DNA of 32,000 bases from Patescibacteria group bacterium. GTDB taxonomy: Bacteria > Patescibacteriota > Patescibacteriia > UBA2591 > UBA6264. The notes beneath the pieces are model-generated. The model was not told the origin of the DNA and searched no databases. It worked only from the letters and a program-made list of their open reading frames with translations. Of the stretch, positions 17,589 through 25,420 are shown in pieces. Numbering within the stretch: position 1 is the stretch's first letter; each line of letters starts with the position of its first letter. Made by a program: the position numbers and the translations under genes. Where the stretch lies: NCBI GenBank assembly GCA_028713575.1, contig JAQTOB010000002.1, positions 68,812-100,811 on the forward strand, given 5' to 3'.

Positions 17589-18443
17589 TTATTTTGTGCT
17601 TTCAATTGTTTGCCAAATTTTTTCAAATTTTTCTTTTTTAATTTTTATCCGCCAAAATATTCTTAACCAAAGATAAAGGCGAAGAAAATAAAGTAAAAGA
17701 AGTTGGAAATACTCTCTAAACGTTTGAGGATAGGTAAAAAATAATTTGAATCCGAAAAAAATTTCTTGGAAAATATTTCTTTCTTTTTGACTTTGTTTTT
17801 GCACATAACCGCCAGTGGAACGAGTTTTTTGCCTTAACCAGTCCTGAAGATTATCTGGATATTTCACGTAAACTTCGGCCGTCGGTGCATAATTAACTTG
17901 ATAACCCTTTTTTCTAATTATTTGAGTAATGATTCCATCTTCAGCTAAAACATTTTTCGGTATTTTTCCAATAACATTGCGAATGGCGTATAAATAACCG
18001 GAACAAGGAAATAAGCCGCCTTTTAGTCGCCACTGATGCGCGGCTTGGGTCAAAAAATGAGACCAAAACCCGAATAAAGTATTTCGTGAATTTATGCTAA
18101 TCGGCCGTCCGCTTACTGCTCCTATTTTATCATTTTTAAAAGATTTTAACAAATCATTTAAAACATTTTCTTTGATTAAAACATCGCCATCGGTTAAAAT
18201 TAAAATTTCTCCTTTTGCCTTTTCAAATCCTAAATTAAGAGCCGAAGGCTTTCCTTTTCCTTTGTCTTTTAAATATTTAATTTGCGGATATTGAAAAAAA
18301 TTTTTAACAATTTTTTTAGTTCCTTTATCCGGTCCAATTACTAAAATCTCATATTCTTCTTTTAAGTTTTGATTTAAAACCGAATAAATTGCCCGAGACA
18401 ATGTTTTCTCTTCTTGATAAGTGGTAATAATAATAGAAATCAT
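17589..18443 (-). CDS. Family 2 glycosyltransferase with C-terminal membrane segment
   Basis: ISIIITTYQEEKTLSRAIYSVLNQ, the ILILTDGDV (DxD) motif, and a C-terminal hydrophobic stretch LLLLYFLRLYLWLRIFW. Confidence 0.8.
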   Translation of the reverse strand: MISIIITTYQEEKTLSRAIYSVLNQNLKEEYEILVIGPDKGTKKIVKNFFQYPQIKYLKDKGKGKPSALNLGFEKAKGEILILTDGDVLIKENVLNDLLKSFKNDKIGAVSGRPISINSRNTLFGFWSHFLTQAAHQWRLKGGLFPCSGYLYAIRNVIGKIPKNVLAEDGIITQIIRKKGYQVNYAPTAEVYVKYPDNLQDWLRQKTRSTGGYVQKQSQKERNIFQEIFFGFKLFFTYPQTFREYFQLLLLYFLRLYLWLRIFWRIKIKKEKFEKIWQTIESTK

Positions 18444-18454
18444 AATTTATCTGT

Positions 18455-19006
18455 TTAAATCCTAAATTCTAAAACTGGAAATTTTTTAATAATCGTATAA
18501 ATCGGACCGCTTATTTTTAGTTCGCTTTTCATTAAATCAATTGAGGTAATAAAAAATTCTTTTTCTTCTATTTTTTGATTTAAAAAAGAATCAGATATGC
18601 TAATAGATGTTTTTGCCCGACCGAACGTTAAATGCATTTGCCAGGGTCTTTGGTCTATTTTAAGTCCGATTTTTTTTAATTCTTGACCAATGTTTTTTTG
18701 CAAATCAAATATTTTATGTTCCTCAACTTCTCGGCACTTAAAAAACAATATCCGCGAGAAATGCCCAATTTGCCCGATTTTTAACCTAATTTTGTCCGAA
18801 ATAACCATTTTTCTTAAAATATCTTTGACTTTTTCTATTTCCCTGTTCTCCAATTCGCCCAAAAAATGCAAAGTTAGATGAAGATTTTCTTTTTTTACCC
18901 ATTTTATCCCAATTTTTATTTCCTTTTTAATTTCTTTTATTCTTTTTTCTAAAATCTCTTTTACTTCCATGGGCAAATTAACAGCAATAAAACTTCGTAT
19001 TTTCAT
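18455..19006 (-). CDS. thpR: RNA 2',3'-cyclic phosphodiesterase (2H phosphoesterase, ThpR/LigT family)
   Basis: Both HxT/S motifs are present: HLTLHFLG and HLTFGR. The ~180-aa size is typical for the family. Confidence 0.85.
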   Translation of the reverse strand: MKIRSFIAVNLPMEVKEILEKRIKEIKKEIKIGIKWVKKENLHLTLHFLGELENREIEKVKDILRKMVISDKIRLKIGQIGHFSRILFFKCREVEEHKIFDLQKNIGQELKKIGLKIDQRPWQMHLTFGRAKTSISISDSFLNQKIEEKEFFITSIDLMKSELKISGPIYTIIKKFPVLEFRI

Positions 19007-19012
19007 AAAATT

Positions 19013-19021
19013 ATTATAACA
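19013..19021 (-). promoter_or_regulatory. Extended -10 promoter TGtTATAAT ending 6 nt before the thpR ATG
   Basis: The minus strand reads TGTTATAAT (19021-19013), then aatttt, then ATG (19006). Confidence 0.5.
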
Positions 19022-19030
19022 TTTTCTAAA

Positions 19031-19065
19031 ATTAAAAGTAGTCTGAGATTAAACTCTAGACTACT
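19031..19065 (-). terminator. Rho-independent terminator of the upstream ncRNA (minus strand)
   Basis: AGTAGTCT-A-GAG, tttaat loop, CTC-AGACTACT (19065-19037). This gives 8 + 3 bp with one bulge, followed by TTTAATTTT. Confidence 0.7.
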
Positions 19066-19074
19066 TAATTTTGA

Positions 19075-19266
19075 GGCCCTGGCTGGACTTTCACCAGCGA
19101 CCCTCCTTTTTTCAACAAAACAACAATTAAGATATAGTTCCAAGATTTTGAAAAAAAATCCTAATCGTTTTGGTATCATATTACAAGGCGCTCTTAATTA
19201 GCCGGCTCCTTTTTCCGAACAACTAAGTTGGGAAAAGGCACAAAAACGAACTAAGCTATCAGGGCC
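19075..19266 (-). ncRNA. Unclassified structured RNA with tRNA-like acceptor/T-arm geometry (~192 nt)
   Basis: No ORF occurs in the 362-nt gap. The 5' GGCCCUG (19266-19260) pairs perfectly with the 3' CAGGGCC (19081-19075). It abuts the hairpin GCUGG-UGAAAGU-CCAGC (19098-19082). The 5' AUAGCUUAGUU resembles the tRNA D-arm consensus. The region has internal hairpins, is locally GC-rich in an AT-rich genome, and carries a dedicated terminator. Confidence 0.6.
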
Positions 19267-19332
19267 ATTTGTTTATAATTTTTTCTTTTTTTATGTTTTT
19301 GAAGAACAAATATATTTTAAATTTTTCTTCAT

Positions 19333-19361
19333 TTGTCAAGTTCTCTTTTTTTGTGTAAAAT
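19333..19361 (+). promoter_or_regulatory. Promoter TTGTCA-17-TAAAAT ending 7 nt before the radical SAM gene ATG
   Basis: -35 at 19333-19338 and -10 at 19356-19361, with the ATG at 19369. Confidence 0.5.
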
Positions 19362-19368
19362 ATGAAAT

Positions 19369-20370
19369 ATGAAAGAGGCGTTACTTTATAAAAAACTGAA
19401 TAACAATGATGTCAAATGCCTTGTTTGTCATCATCAATGTCTGATTTCTCAGGGACAAAGAGGATTATGCGGAGTCAGGGAAAATCAAGGGGGCAAGTTA
19501 TACAGTTTAGTTTATAATAAAATTATTGCTTTTCACCTTGACCCGATTGAAAAAAAACCGCTTTTCCATTTTTTACCTAACACTTATTCTTTATCTGTTG
19601 CCACTATGGGTTGTAATTTTTTTTGCCTTCATTGCCAAAATTATGATATTTCTCAAGGACTAAGAAAAAACAAAAAAATTATGGGTGAAAAAATAAGCCC
19701 GAAAAAAACCGTAAGTTTGGCTCTACAATACAAAGTTCCCAGTATTTCCTATACTTATACTGAACCGACGATTTTTCTTGAATACGCCTTAGAAACAATG
19801 AAACTGGCAAAAAAACAAGGGCTAAAAAACGTCTGGGTCAGCAACGGTTATTTTTCATCTCAAACCTTAAAACTTATCACCCCTTATCTTGACGCCATTA
19901 ACATTGACCTAAAATTTTTTGATTCTAATTTTTATCAAAAAATCTGCGGAGGCAAACTAAAACCCATTTTAAATAATTTAAAATTATTGAAAAAATCAAA
20001 AATTTGGCTGGAAATAACCACTTTGTTGATTCCCGGATATACCGACAAAAACAAACAATTGGAAGAAATCGCTCTGTTTATAAAAAAAGAATTAGGAGAA
20101 GATGTCCCTTGGCATATTTCCGCTTTTTATCCTGTTTATAAAATGAATAATATATCCCCTACTCCTTTGAGGTTGATTGAAAAGGCCGTGGACATTGGGC
20201 AAAAAACCGGATTAAAATATGTTTACGCCGGCAATTTGAACATTAATGAAGATACTTTTTGTCCTCAATGTCAAAAAAAAGTGATTGAACGAAAAAATTA
20301 TAACATAAAAATTCATCTTAAAAACGATTTTTGCTCTCAATGTGGAAATAAAATTCCCGGCATATTTTAA
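19369..20370 (+). CDS. AmmeMemoRadiSam-system-type radical SAM enzyme (PflA-like activase fold)
   Basis: N-terminal Cys cluster VKCLVCHHQCLISQGQRGLCGVREN. Radical SAM motif GCNFFCLHCQNYDIS (CxxxCxxC). C-terminal CPQC...CSQCG. The overall pattern matches this family as I recall it. Confidence 0.8.
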   Translation: MKEALLYKKLNNNDVKCLVCHHQCLISQGQRGLCGVRENQGGKLYSLVYNKIIAFHLDPIEKKPLFHFLPNTYSLSVATMGCNFFCLHCQNYDISQGLRKNKKIMGEKISPKKTVSLALQYKVPSISYTYTEPTIFLEYALETMKLAKKQGLKNVWVSNGYFSSQTLKLITPYLDAINIDLKFFDSNFYQKICGGKLKPILNNLKLLKKSKIWLEITTLLIPGYTDKNKQLEEIALFIKKELGEDVPWHISAFYPVYKMNNISPTPLRLIEKAVDIGQKTGLKYVYAGNLNINEDTFCPQCQKKVIERKNYNIKIHLKNDFCSQCGNKIPGIF

Positions 20371-20390
20371 AATTAATTCTTCTAAAAGAA

Positions 20391-20419
20391 TTGACGATTA
20401 AATGTTTTTTTTATATAAT
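20391..20419 (+). promoter_or_regulatory. Sigma70-type promoter TTGACG-17-TATAAT for clpB
   Basis: -35 at 20391-20396 and -10 at 20414-20419, about 90 nt upstream of the clpB ATG. Confidence 0.6.
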
Positions 20420-20436
20420 ATAGTAGATAAATCCCA

Positions 20437-20464
20437 TAAAAATCTTTGTGTTAAAAGATTTTTA
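20437..20464 (+). promoter_or_regulatory. Perfect 11-bp inverted repeat in the clpB leader (operator or RNA hairpin)
   Basis: TAAAAATCTTT (20437-20447), gtgtta spacer, AAAGATTTTTA (20454-20464). It begins about 18 nt downstream of the -10 element. Confidence 0.5.
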
Positions 20465-20508
20465 ATCGGAATATCAAAAAATCAATTTATCATATTTTTT
20501 ATAACAAA

Positions 20509-23118
20509 ATGAATAATTTTACCCTTAAGGCCCAAGAGGCCTTGCAAAATGCCCATAATTTGGCGATGGAGAACGACCAACAACAAGTTGATGTTTCTCA
20601 TTTGCTTTTAGCCTTAGTTGAACAAGAGGAAGGCGTTGTTTTGTCTTTATTTAAAAAATTAGAAATTAACATTGAACAATTTAAAGGAAAATTGATTAAA
20701 ATAATTCAATCTTTACCCCAAATCAAAAATCTTTCACCGGGCGCGTTGGCAGAAGTCTATATCACTCCCCTATTACAAAAAACAATTTTACAAGCCACTA
20801 AAGAGGCGGTTCGTTTAAAGGACGAATATGTAAGTACAGAACATTTGCTTTTATCCTTATTAATTATTCCTTCAAATATAAAAAATCTTTTAAAGGAATT
20901 TGGCTTGGATTATGAAAAAATTTTAAAAGTTTTGGCAGAAATAAGGGGTAATGAAAGAATAACAGAAAGAGAACCGGAAGATAAATACCAAGTTTTAGAA
21001 AAATATACCATTAATCTGACCAAAATGGCTCGTCAGGAAAAACTTGATCCAATTATCGGACGGGAAGAAGAAATTAGAAGGATTATTCAGGTCCTTTGTC
21101 GCCGAACCAAAAATAATCCTGTTTTAATCGGCGAAGCCGGAGTGGGGAAAACCGCTATTGTTGAAGGATTAGCTCAAAGAATCGTTGACGAAGATGTTCC
21201 TGAATCGTTAAAGGCAAAGGAATTGATTTCTCTTGATTTGGGAAGTTTAATTGCCGGCACAAAATTCAGAGGAGAATTTGAGAATCGCTTGAAAGCGGTT
21301 TTAAAAGAAATAAAAAGGTCTGGTAATTATATACTTTTTATTGATGAATTGCACACTTTAGTCGGCGCAGGTAGCGCTGAAGGGTCAATTGACGCTTCAA
21401 ATATGCTAAAACCGGCTTTAGCGCGAGGAGAATTACACTGCATTGGCGCCACCACTTTAAAAGAATATCAAAAATACGTAGAAAAAGACGCGGCCTTGGA
21501 GCGCCGTTTTCAACCGGTCTATGTAACAGAGCCGTCGGTAAAAGATACAATTGCCATTCTTCGTGGCATCAAAGAAAAATATGAAGTCCATCATGGCATT
21601 AGAATCACAGACGAAGCCTTAATTGCCGCGGCCAATCTTTCAAAAAGATACATTACTGATCGTTTTTTGCCGGATAAAGCGGTTGACTTAATGGATGAAG
21701 CCGCTTCGGCTTTACGGATGGAAATTGAAAGCCAACCGGAAGAATTAGATAAAATGAAAAGAAAAATGAAAAAATTAGAAATAGAAGTTACGGTTTTTAA
21801 AAAAGAAAAAAATGAAAAACAATTACAAAAATATAAAAAAGAAATGGCTGATTTAAAAGAAAAAATTCAGGATTTTACTTTGCGCTGGAAAACGGAAAAA
21901 GATATTATTGCGGAAATCCATAAATTAAAAGGTGAAATTGATAGATTCAAACAAGAAGCAGAAATTGCCGAGAGGGAGGCTAATTTGCAGAAAGTGGCAG
22001 AAATCAAACATGGACAAATCCCGGAATGGGAAAGAAAAATTGCCCTTAATCAAAAAAAATTGGCCAAAATTCAAAAAGATTACCGCATTTTAAGAGAAGA
22101 AATTGGAGCAGAAGAGATTGCTCGCGTCGTTTCTCTTTGGACCGGTATTCCTACTATGAAAATGCTGGAAGAAGAAAGTAAAAAATTAGTTAGGATGGAA
22201 CAGGAAATACATCAAAGACTAATTAATCAAGAAAAAGCCGTACAGGCCGTAGCCAATGCCATTCGGCGTTCACGTGCTGGTATTGCTGAAGAAAATCGAC
22301 CCATTGGCTCATTTATTTTTCTCGGCCCCAGCGGGGTAGGAAAAACAGAATTGGCAAAATCCTTAGCAGAATTTCTTTTTAATGCAGAATCCTCTTTGGT
22401 GCAATTAGACATGTCGGAATACATGGAAAAACATACAGTTTCAAAAATGATTGGCTCACCGCCGGGTTATGTGGGATACGAAGAAGGCGGTCAATTAACG
22501 GAAATTATCAGGCGTCGGCCATACAGCGTGATTCTTTTTGATGAAATTGAAAAATCTCATCCAGAGGTTTTTAACATTCTTTTACAAATTTTAGATAACG
22601 GACGATTAACCGACGCAAAGGGCCGAATCGTTAATTTTAAAAATACGGTAATCATTATGACCTCAAATCTCGGCAGCGATCTGATGAAGGATCATGCGCA
22701 AAAAGCAAGTTTTGGTTTTATTTCAGCTGAAGAAAAAAATGGGGCGCAAGAAATTATTGAAGAAAAAATTCATCAAGTTTTAAAGGAAACTTTTAAACCA
22801 GAATTTCTAAATCGTATTGATGAAATTATAATTTTTAAGCCCTTAAATAAAAATGATATTAAACAAATTATTGAACTTCAATTAAAAAAAATTTTTGAAA
22901 GGTTAAAAGAAAAAAAAATAAATTTAAAAGTTAGTGAAAGAGTTAAAAATTTTATTGCGGAAATCGGTTTTGACCCTCTCTACGGCGCTCGACCGCTAAA
23001 GAGAGTTATTCAGCAACATATTCTTAATCCCTTATCTTTAAAAATCGTCAGCGGGGAAATAAAGTCATCTAAAACATTTAGGGTGGAAATAAAAAATAAA
23101 AAAATTATTATTATTTAA
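20509..23118 (+). CDS. clpB: ATP-dependent chaperone ClpB
   Basis: Clp N-domain repeats, NBD1 [15 protein letters not shown], a long M-domain coiled coil, NBD2 [15 protein letters not shown], and the [10 protein letters not shown] sensor motif. Confidence 0.97.
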   Translation: MNNFTLKAQEALQNAHNLAMENDQQQVDVSHLLLALVEQEEGVVLSLFKKLEINIEQFKGKLIKIIQSLPQIKNLSPGALAEVYITPLLQKTILQATKEAVRLKDEYVSTEHLLLSLLIIPSNIKNLLKEFGLDYEKILKVLAEIRGNERITEREPEDKYQVLEKYTINLTKMARQEKLDPIIGREEEIRRIIQVLCRRTKNNPVLIGEAGVGKTAIVEGLAQRIVDEDVPESLKAKELISLDLGSLIAGTKFRGEFENRLKAVLKEIKRSGNYILFIDELHTLVGAGSAEGSIDASNMLKPALARGELHCIGATTLKEYQKYVEKDAALERRFQPVYVTEPSVKDTIAILRGIKEKYEVHHGIRITDEALIAAANLSKRYITDRFLPDKAVDLMDEAASALRMEIESQPEELDKMKRKMKKLEIEVTVFKKEKNEKQLQKYKKEMADLKEKIQDFTLRWKTEKDIIAEIHKLKGEIDRFKQEAEIAEREANLQKVAEIKHGQIPEWERKIALNQKKLAKIQKDYRILREEIGAEEIARVVSLWTGIPTMKMLEEESKKLVRMEQEIHQRLINQEKAVQAVANAIRRSRAGIAEENRPIGSFIFLGPSGVGKTELAKSLAEFLFNAESSLVQLDMSEYMEKHTVSKMIGSPPGYVGYEEGGQLTEIIRRRPYSVILFDEIEKSHPEVFNILLQILDNGRLTDAKGRIVNFKNTVIIMTSNLGSDLMKDHAQKASFGFISAEEKNGAQEIIEEKIHQVLKETFKPEFLNRIDEIIIFKPLNKNDIKQIIELQLKKIFERLKEKKINLKVSERVKNFIAEIGFDPLYGARPLKRVIQQHILNPLSLKIVSGEIKSSKTFRVEIKNKKIIII

Positions 23119-23119
23119 C

Positions 23120-24601
23120 ATGAATCCCGTTCTTTTCAAATCTCAAAATATTTCTAAAAAACAAATTTCTTTCAGTTGTTCCAAATTTAAATATAATTTT
23201 TTAAATCATAAAAAAGGCGGGATAAGATTTAGGTTGTTTTTAGTCTCCTTTTTAATGTTGATTATTTTTCAACTTGATAATTGCCTTGCCCAAGAAATAA
23301 TTTTTGACCCAGAATACATTATTTCTGACCACCAATTAACTGACCATCAATCAATGGACTTTGACCAAGTTCAAAAATTTTTAAATCAAGCAAATGGGGC
23401 TTTAAAAGATTATCGCGCCGTAGATGTAGATGGCCGAGAAAAAAGTGCGGCAGAAATAATTTATCGCGCCAGTCAAGAATATAAAATTAATCCTCAAGTA
23501 TTAATTACTTTGTTGCAAAGAGAAAAAAGTTTAATTACAAAAAAATCACCAACCAATGATGACTATAATTGGGCAACCGGATTTACTTGTTATGATTATG
23601 CCTCCCCTGTCTCCCGTTTTAGAGGATTTGCCCGCCAAGTAGACCGCGCTGCTTGGCGTTTTCGTTATTACCTTGAACACCCTTGGCAATTCCAATTTAG
23701 AGTCGGTATTACCACTAAAACCTTAAGCAATTCAAAAGATAGAACATTAATTAATAAATTCGGCCGTTTTATAATTCCCAAAAATATGGCCACCGCTAGT
23801 TTATACATTTATGCTCCTCATCTTTACGATAATTGGCTTTTTTGGCAAATCTGGCAAAATTGGTTTGCAGACAAGCAACAAGAATATCCGGAAGGAAGTT
23901 TATTGAGAATAAAAAACGAAAAGGGAGTTTGGCTTATCCAAAACGGCCAACGAAAACCGTTTTACTCCAAAACAGTTTTTCTTTTAAGTTATAAATTTGA
24001 AAACGTTAAAGACATTGAAGCGGAAAATTTACAAAAATATCCCATAGGAGCGGCCGTGAGTTTTCCAAATTATTCTTTAGTTAAATCTAAAAATGAAATT
24101 TTTATGTTAATAGATAATATTAAAAGGCCAATTTCTGAAAAAATGTTTAAAAATATAGGCTTTCATCCGGAAGAAGTGATTTTGGTTGAAGACTCTGATT
24201 TATCTTCTTATCAAGAAGGCAATCCTGTTCTTTCGCCATATCCTAGCGGAGCCCTTTTACAGGACAATAATACCAATGCAGTTTATTATGTAAAAGACAA
24301 TTTTAAATATCCCATTATTGATATCAGTATTTTGCAGGCCAATTATCCTTACAGTCATATTATTAAAGTCAATCCAATGGAATTGGCTGATTTTGAAACA
24401 AAAGAACAAATCAAATTCAGAGACGGCACTCTAATTAAATCTTTTAATTTGCCAACAGTCTATATTATTATTCAGGGGAAACGCTTGCCAATTATTTCGG
24501 CCGAAGTTTTTGAAGCCCTTGGCTATCAATGGGATAATATTATTCAGGTTGACGAATCAATTTTAAACACTTATTCTTTAGGTGAATCCTTAAACATTTA
24601 A
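23120..24601 (+). CDS. Secreted/membrane-anchored protein of unknown function with four C-terminal ~50-aa repeats
   Basis: TM segment FRLFLVSFLMLIIFQL. A conserved-looking N-domain reads SAAEIIYRASQEYKINPQVLITLLQREKSLI...NWATGF.CYD...GFARQVDRAAWRFRYY. Four repeats follow the pattern vy.I.nGkR.PI.s..vF...gy....i..V....l..Y..G. The gene starts 1 nt after the clpB stop. Confidence 0.6.
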   Translation: MNPVLFKSQNISKKQISFSCSKFKYNFLNHKKGGIRFRLFLVSFLMLIIFQLDNCLAQEIIFDPEYIISDHQLTDHQSMDFDQVQKFLNQANGALKDYRAVDVDGREKSAAEIIYRASQEYKINPQVLITLLQREKSLITKKSPTNDDYNWATGFTCYDYASPVSRFRGFARQVDRAAWRFRYYLEHPWQFQFRVGITTKTLSNSKDRTLINKFGRFIIPKNMATASLYIYAPHLYDNWLFWQIWQNWFADKQQEYPEGSLLRIKNEKGVWLIQNGQRKPFYSKTVFLLSYKFENVKDIEAENLQKYPIGAAVSFPNYSLVKSKNEIFMLIDNIKRPISEKMFKNIGFHPEEVILVEDSDLSSYQEGNPVLSPYPSGALLQDNNTNAVYYVKDNFKYPIIDISILQANYPYSHIIKVNPMELADFETKEQIKFRDGTLIKSFNLPTVYIIIQGKRLPIISAEVFEALGYQWDNIIQVDESILNTYSLGESLNI

Positions 24602-24602
24602 T

Positions 24603-25400
24603 ATGATTTGTTTCGCTTCTATTGTCCCCCACTCTCCTTTGCTTATTCCAAATATAAATCGGGACAATTTAATAAAAAATAAAAAAACCATTGAAGCCCT
24701 GAATAATCTTGCTGATGATTTAGCAAAAATCAAACCGGAAATCTTAGTAATGATTTCATCACACGGGCCAATTTTAGAAGACGCCTTCTCCTTAAATCTT
24801 TCTCCTCAATATTCCGGCGAATTTAAAACATTTGGCGATTTAACCAATAAAATTGAATTAGACGGCAACATGGAGTTGAATTATAAAATAAAAGAATTTT
24901 TTGAAACCGATTCCCCCGATATCCCATTAATAATGGTAACTGAGCCAAATCTGGATTACAGTTTTTCCGTTCCTTTATATTATTTTACAAAAAAATATAA
25001 AAATTTTTCTCTTGTTCCAATTGGTTCTTCCAAATTAGACATTCAAAAACATTTTGATTTTGGCAAAAAATTAAAAGAAGAATTAATTTTAAATAATAAA
25101 AAAATCGGCCTTGTTGTTTCTGCTAATTTTTGTTATTGCTCAGAGGAATCCGGAGAAAAAAATGTTTTCTTAGGTAAAAAATTTGACCAAAATTTGATTA
25201 AATTGATTCAAAACGAACAAATAGGTCAATTTTTAAACTTAGACCAAAAATTAGTGAAAAAATTCCAGGAAATAAGTTTACCGGCGATTCTGATTCTTTT
25301 AGGAATCTTAAAAGATTTAAAATATAAAACAGAAATTCTCTCTTATGAAATTCCTTTTGGTAGCGGTCAAGCAGTAATAAATTTTAATTTTAATAAATAA
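24603..25400 (+). CDS. LigB/Memo-superfamily (class III extradiol dioxygenase subunit B-like) protein
   Basis: ICFASIVPHSPLLIP and ILVMISSHGP match the N-terminal His motifs of LigB-like proteins. LDYSFSVPLYYF aligns to the LDHG..VPL motif, with Tyr in place of His. Confidence 0.6.
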   Translation: MICFASIVPHSPLLIPNINRDNLIKNKKTIEALNNLADDLAKIKPEILVMISSHGPILEDAFSLNLSPQYSGEFKTFGDLTNKIELDGNMELNYKIKEFFETDSPDIPLIMVTEPNLDYSFSVPLYYFTKKYKNFSLVPIGSSKLDIQKHFDFGKKLKEELILNNKKIGLVVSANFCYCSEESGEKNVFLGKKFDQNLIKLIQNEQIGQFLNLDQKLVKKFQEISLPAILILLGILKDLKYKTEILSYEIPFGSGQAVINFNFNK

Positions 25401-25420
25401 TAAATAATTTAATTAAATCT

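Noticed and set aside
19082-19098. RNase P RNA, suggested by GGUGAAAGUCCA, which resembles the universally conserved GAGGAAAGUCC (CR-I/P4) sequence.
   Set aside because: In RNase P RNA this motif is followed by more than 250 nt of RNA. Here only about 10 nt remain before the closing helix, then a terminator and the well-supported thpR gene, so there is no room.
19075-19266. tmRNA interpretation of the tRNA-like RNA.
   Set aside because: Its length (~190 nt) is far below typical tmRNA. The third acceptor pair is C-G rather than the G.U needed for alanylation. There is no plausible tag reading frame ending in a hydrophobic ALAA-type tail, and the T-loop lacks UUC.
19007-19270. T-box or other riboswitch leader for the thpR-GT2-gltX operon (structured region followed by a terminator, with an aminoacyl-tRNA synthetase downstream).
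   Set aside because: No T-box consensus (AA...GGGUGGNACCNCG) and no specifier-loop or K-turn features were found. An extended -10 promoter (19021-19013) sits between the terminator and the thpR ATG, which argues that the RNA is a separate transcription unit. This is not fully excluded.
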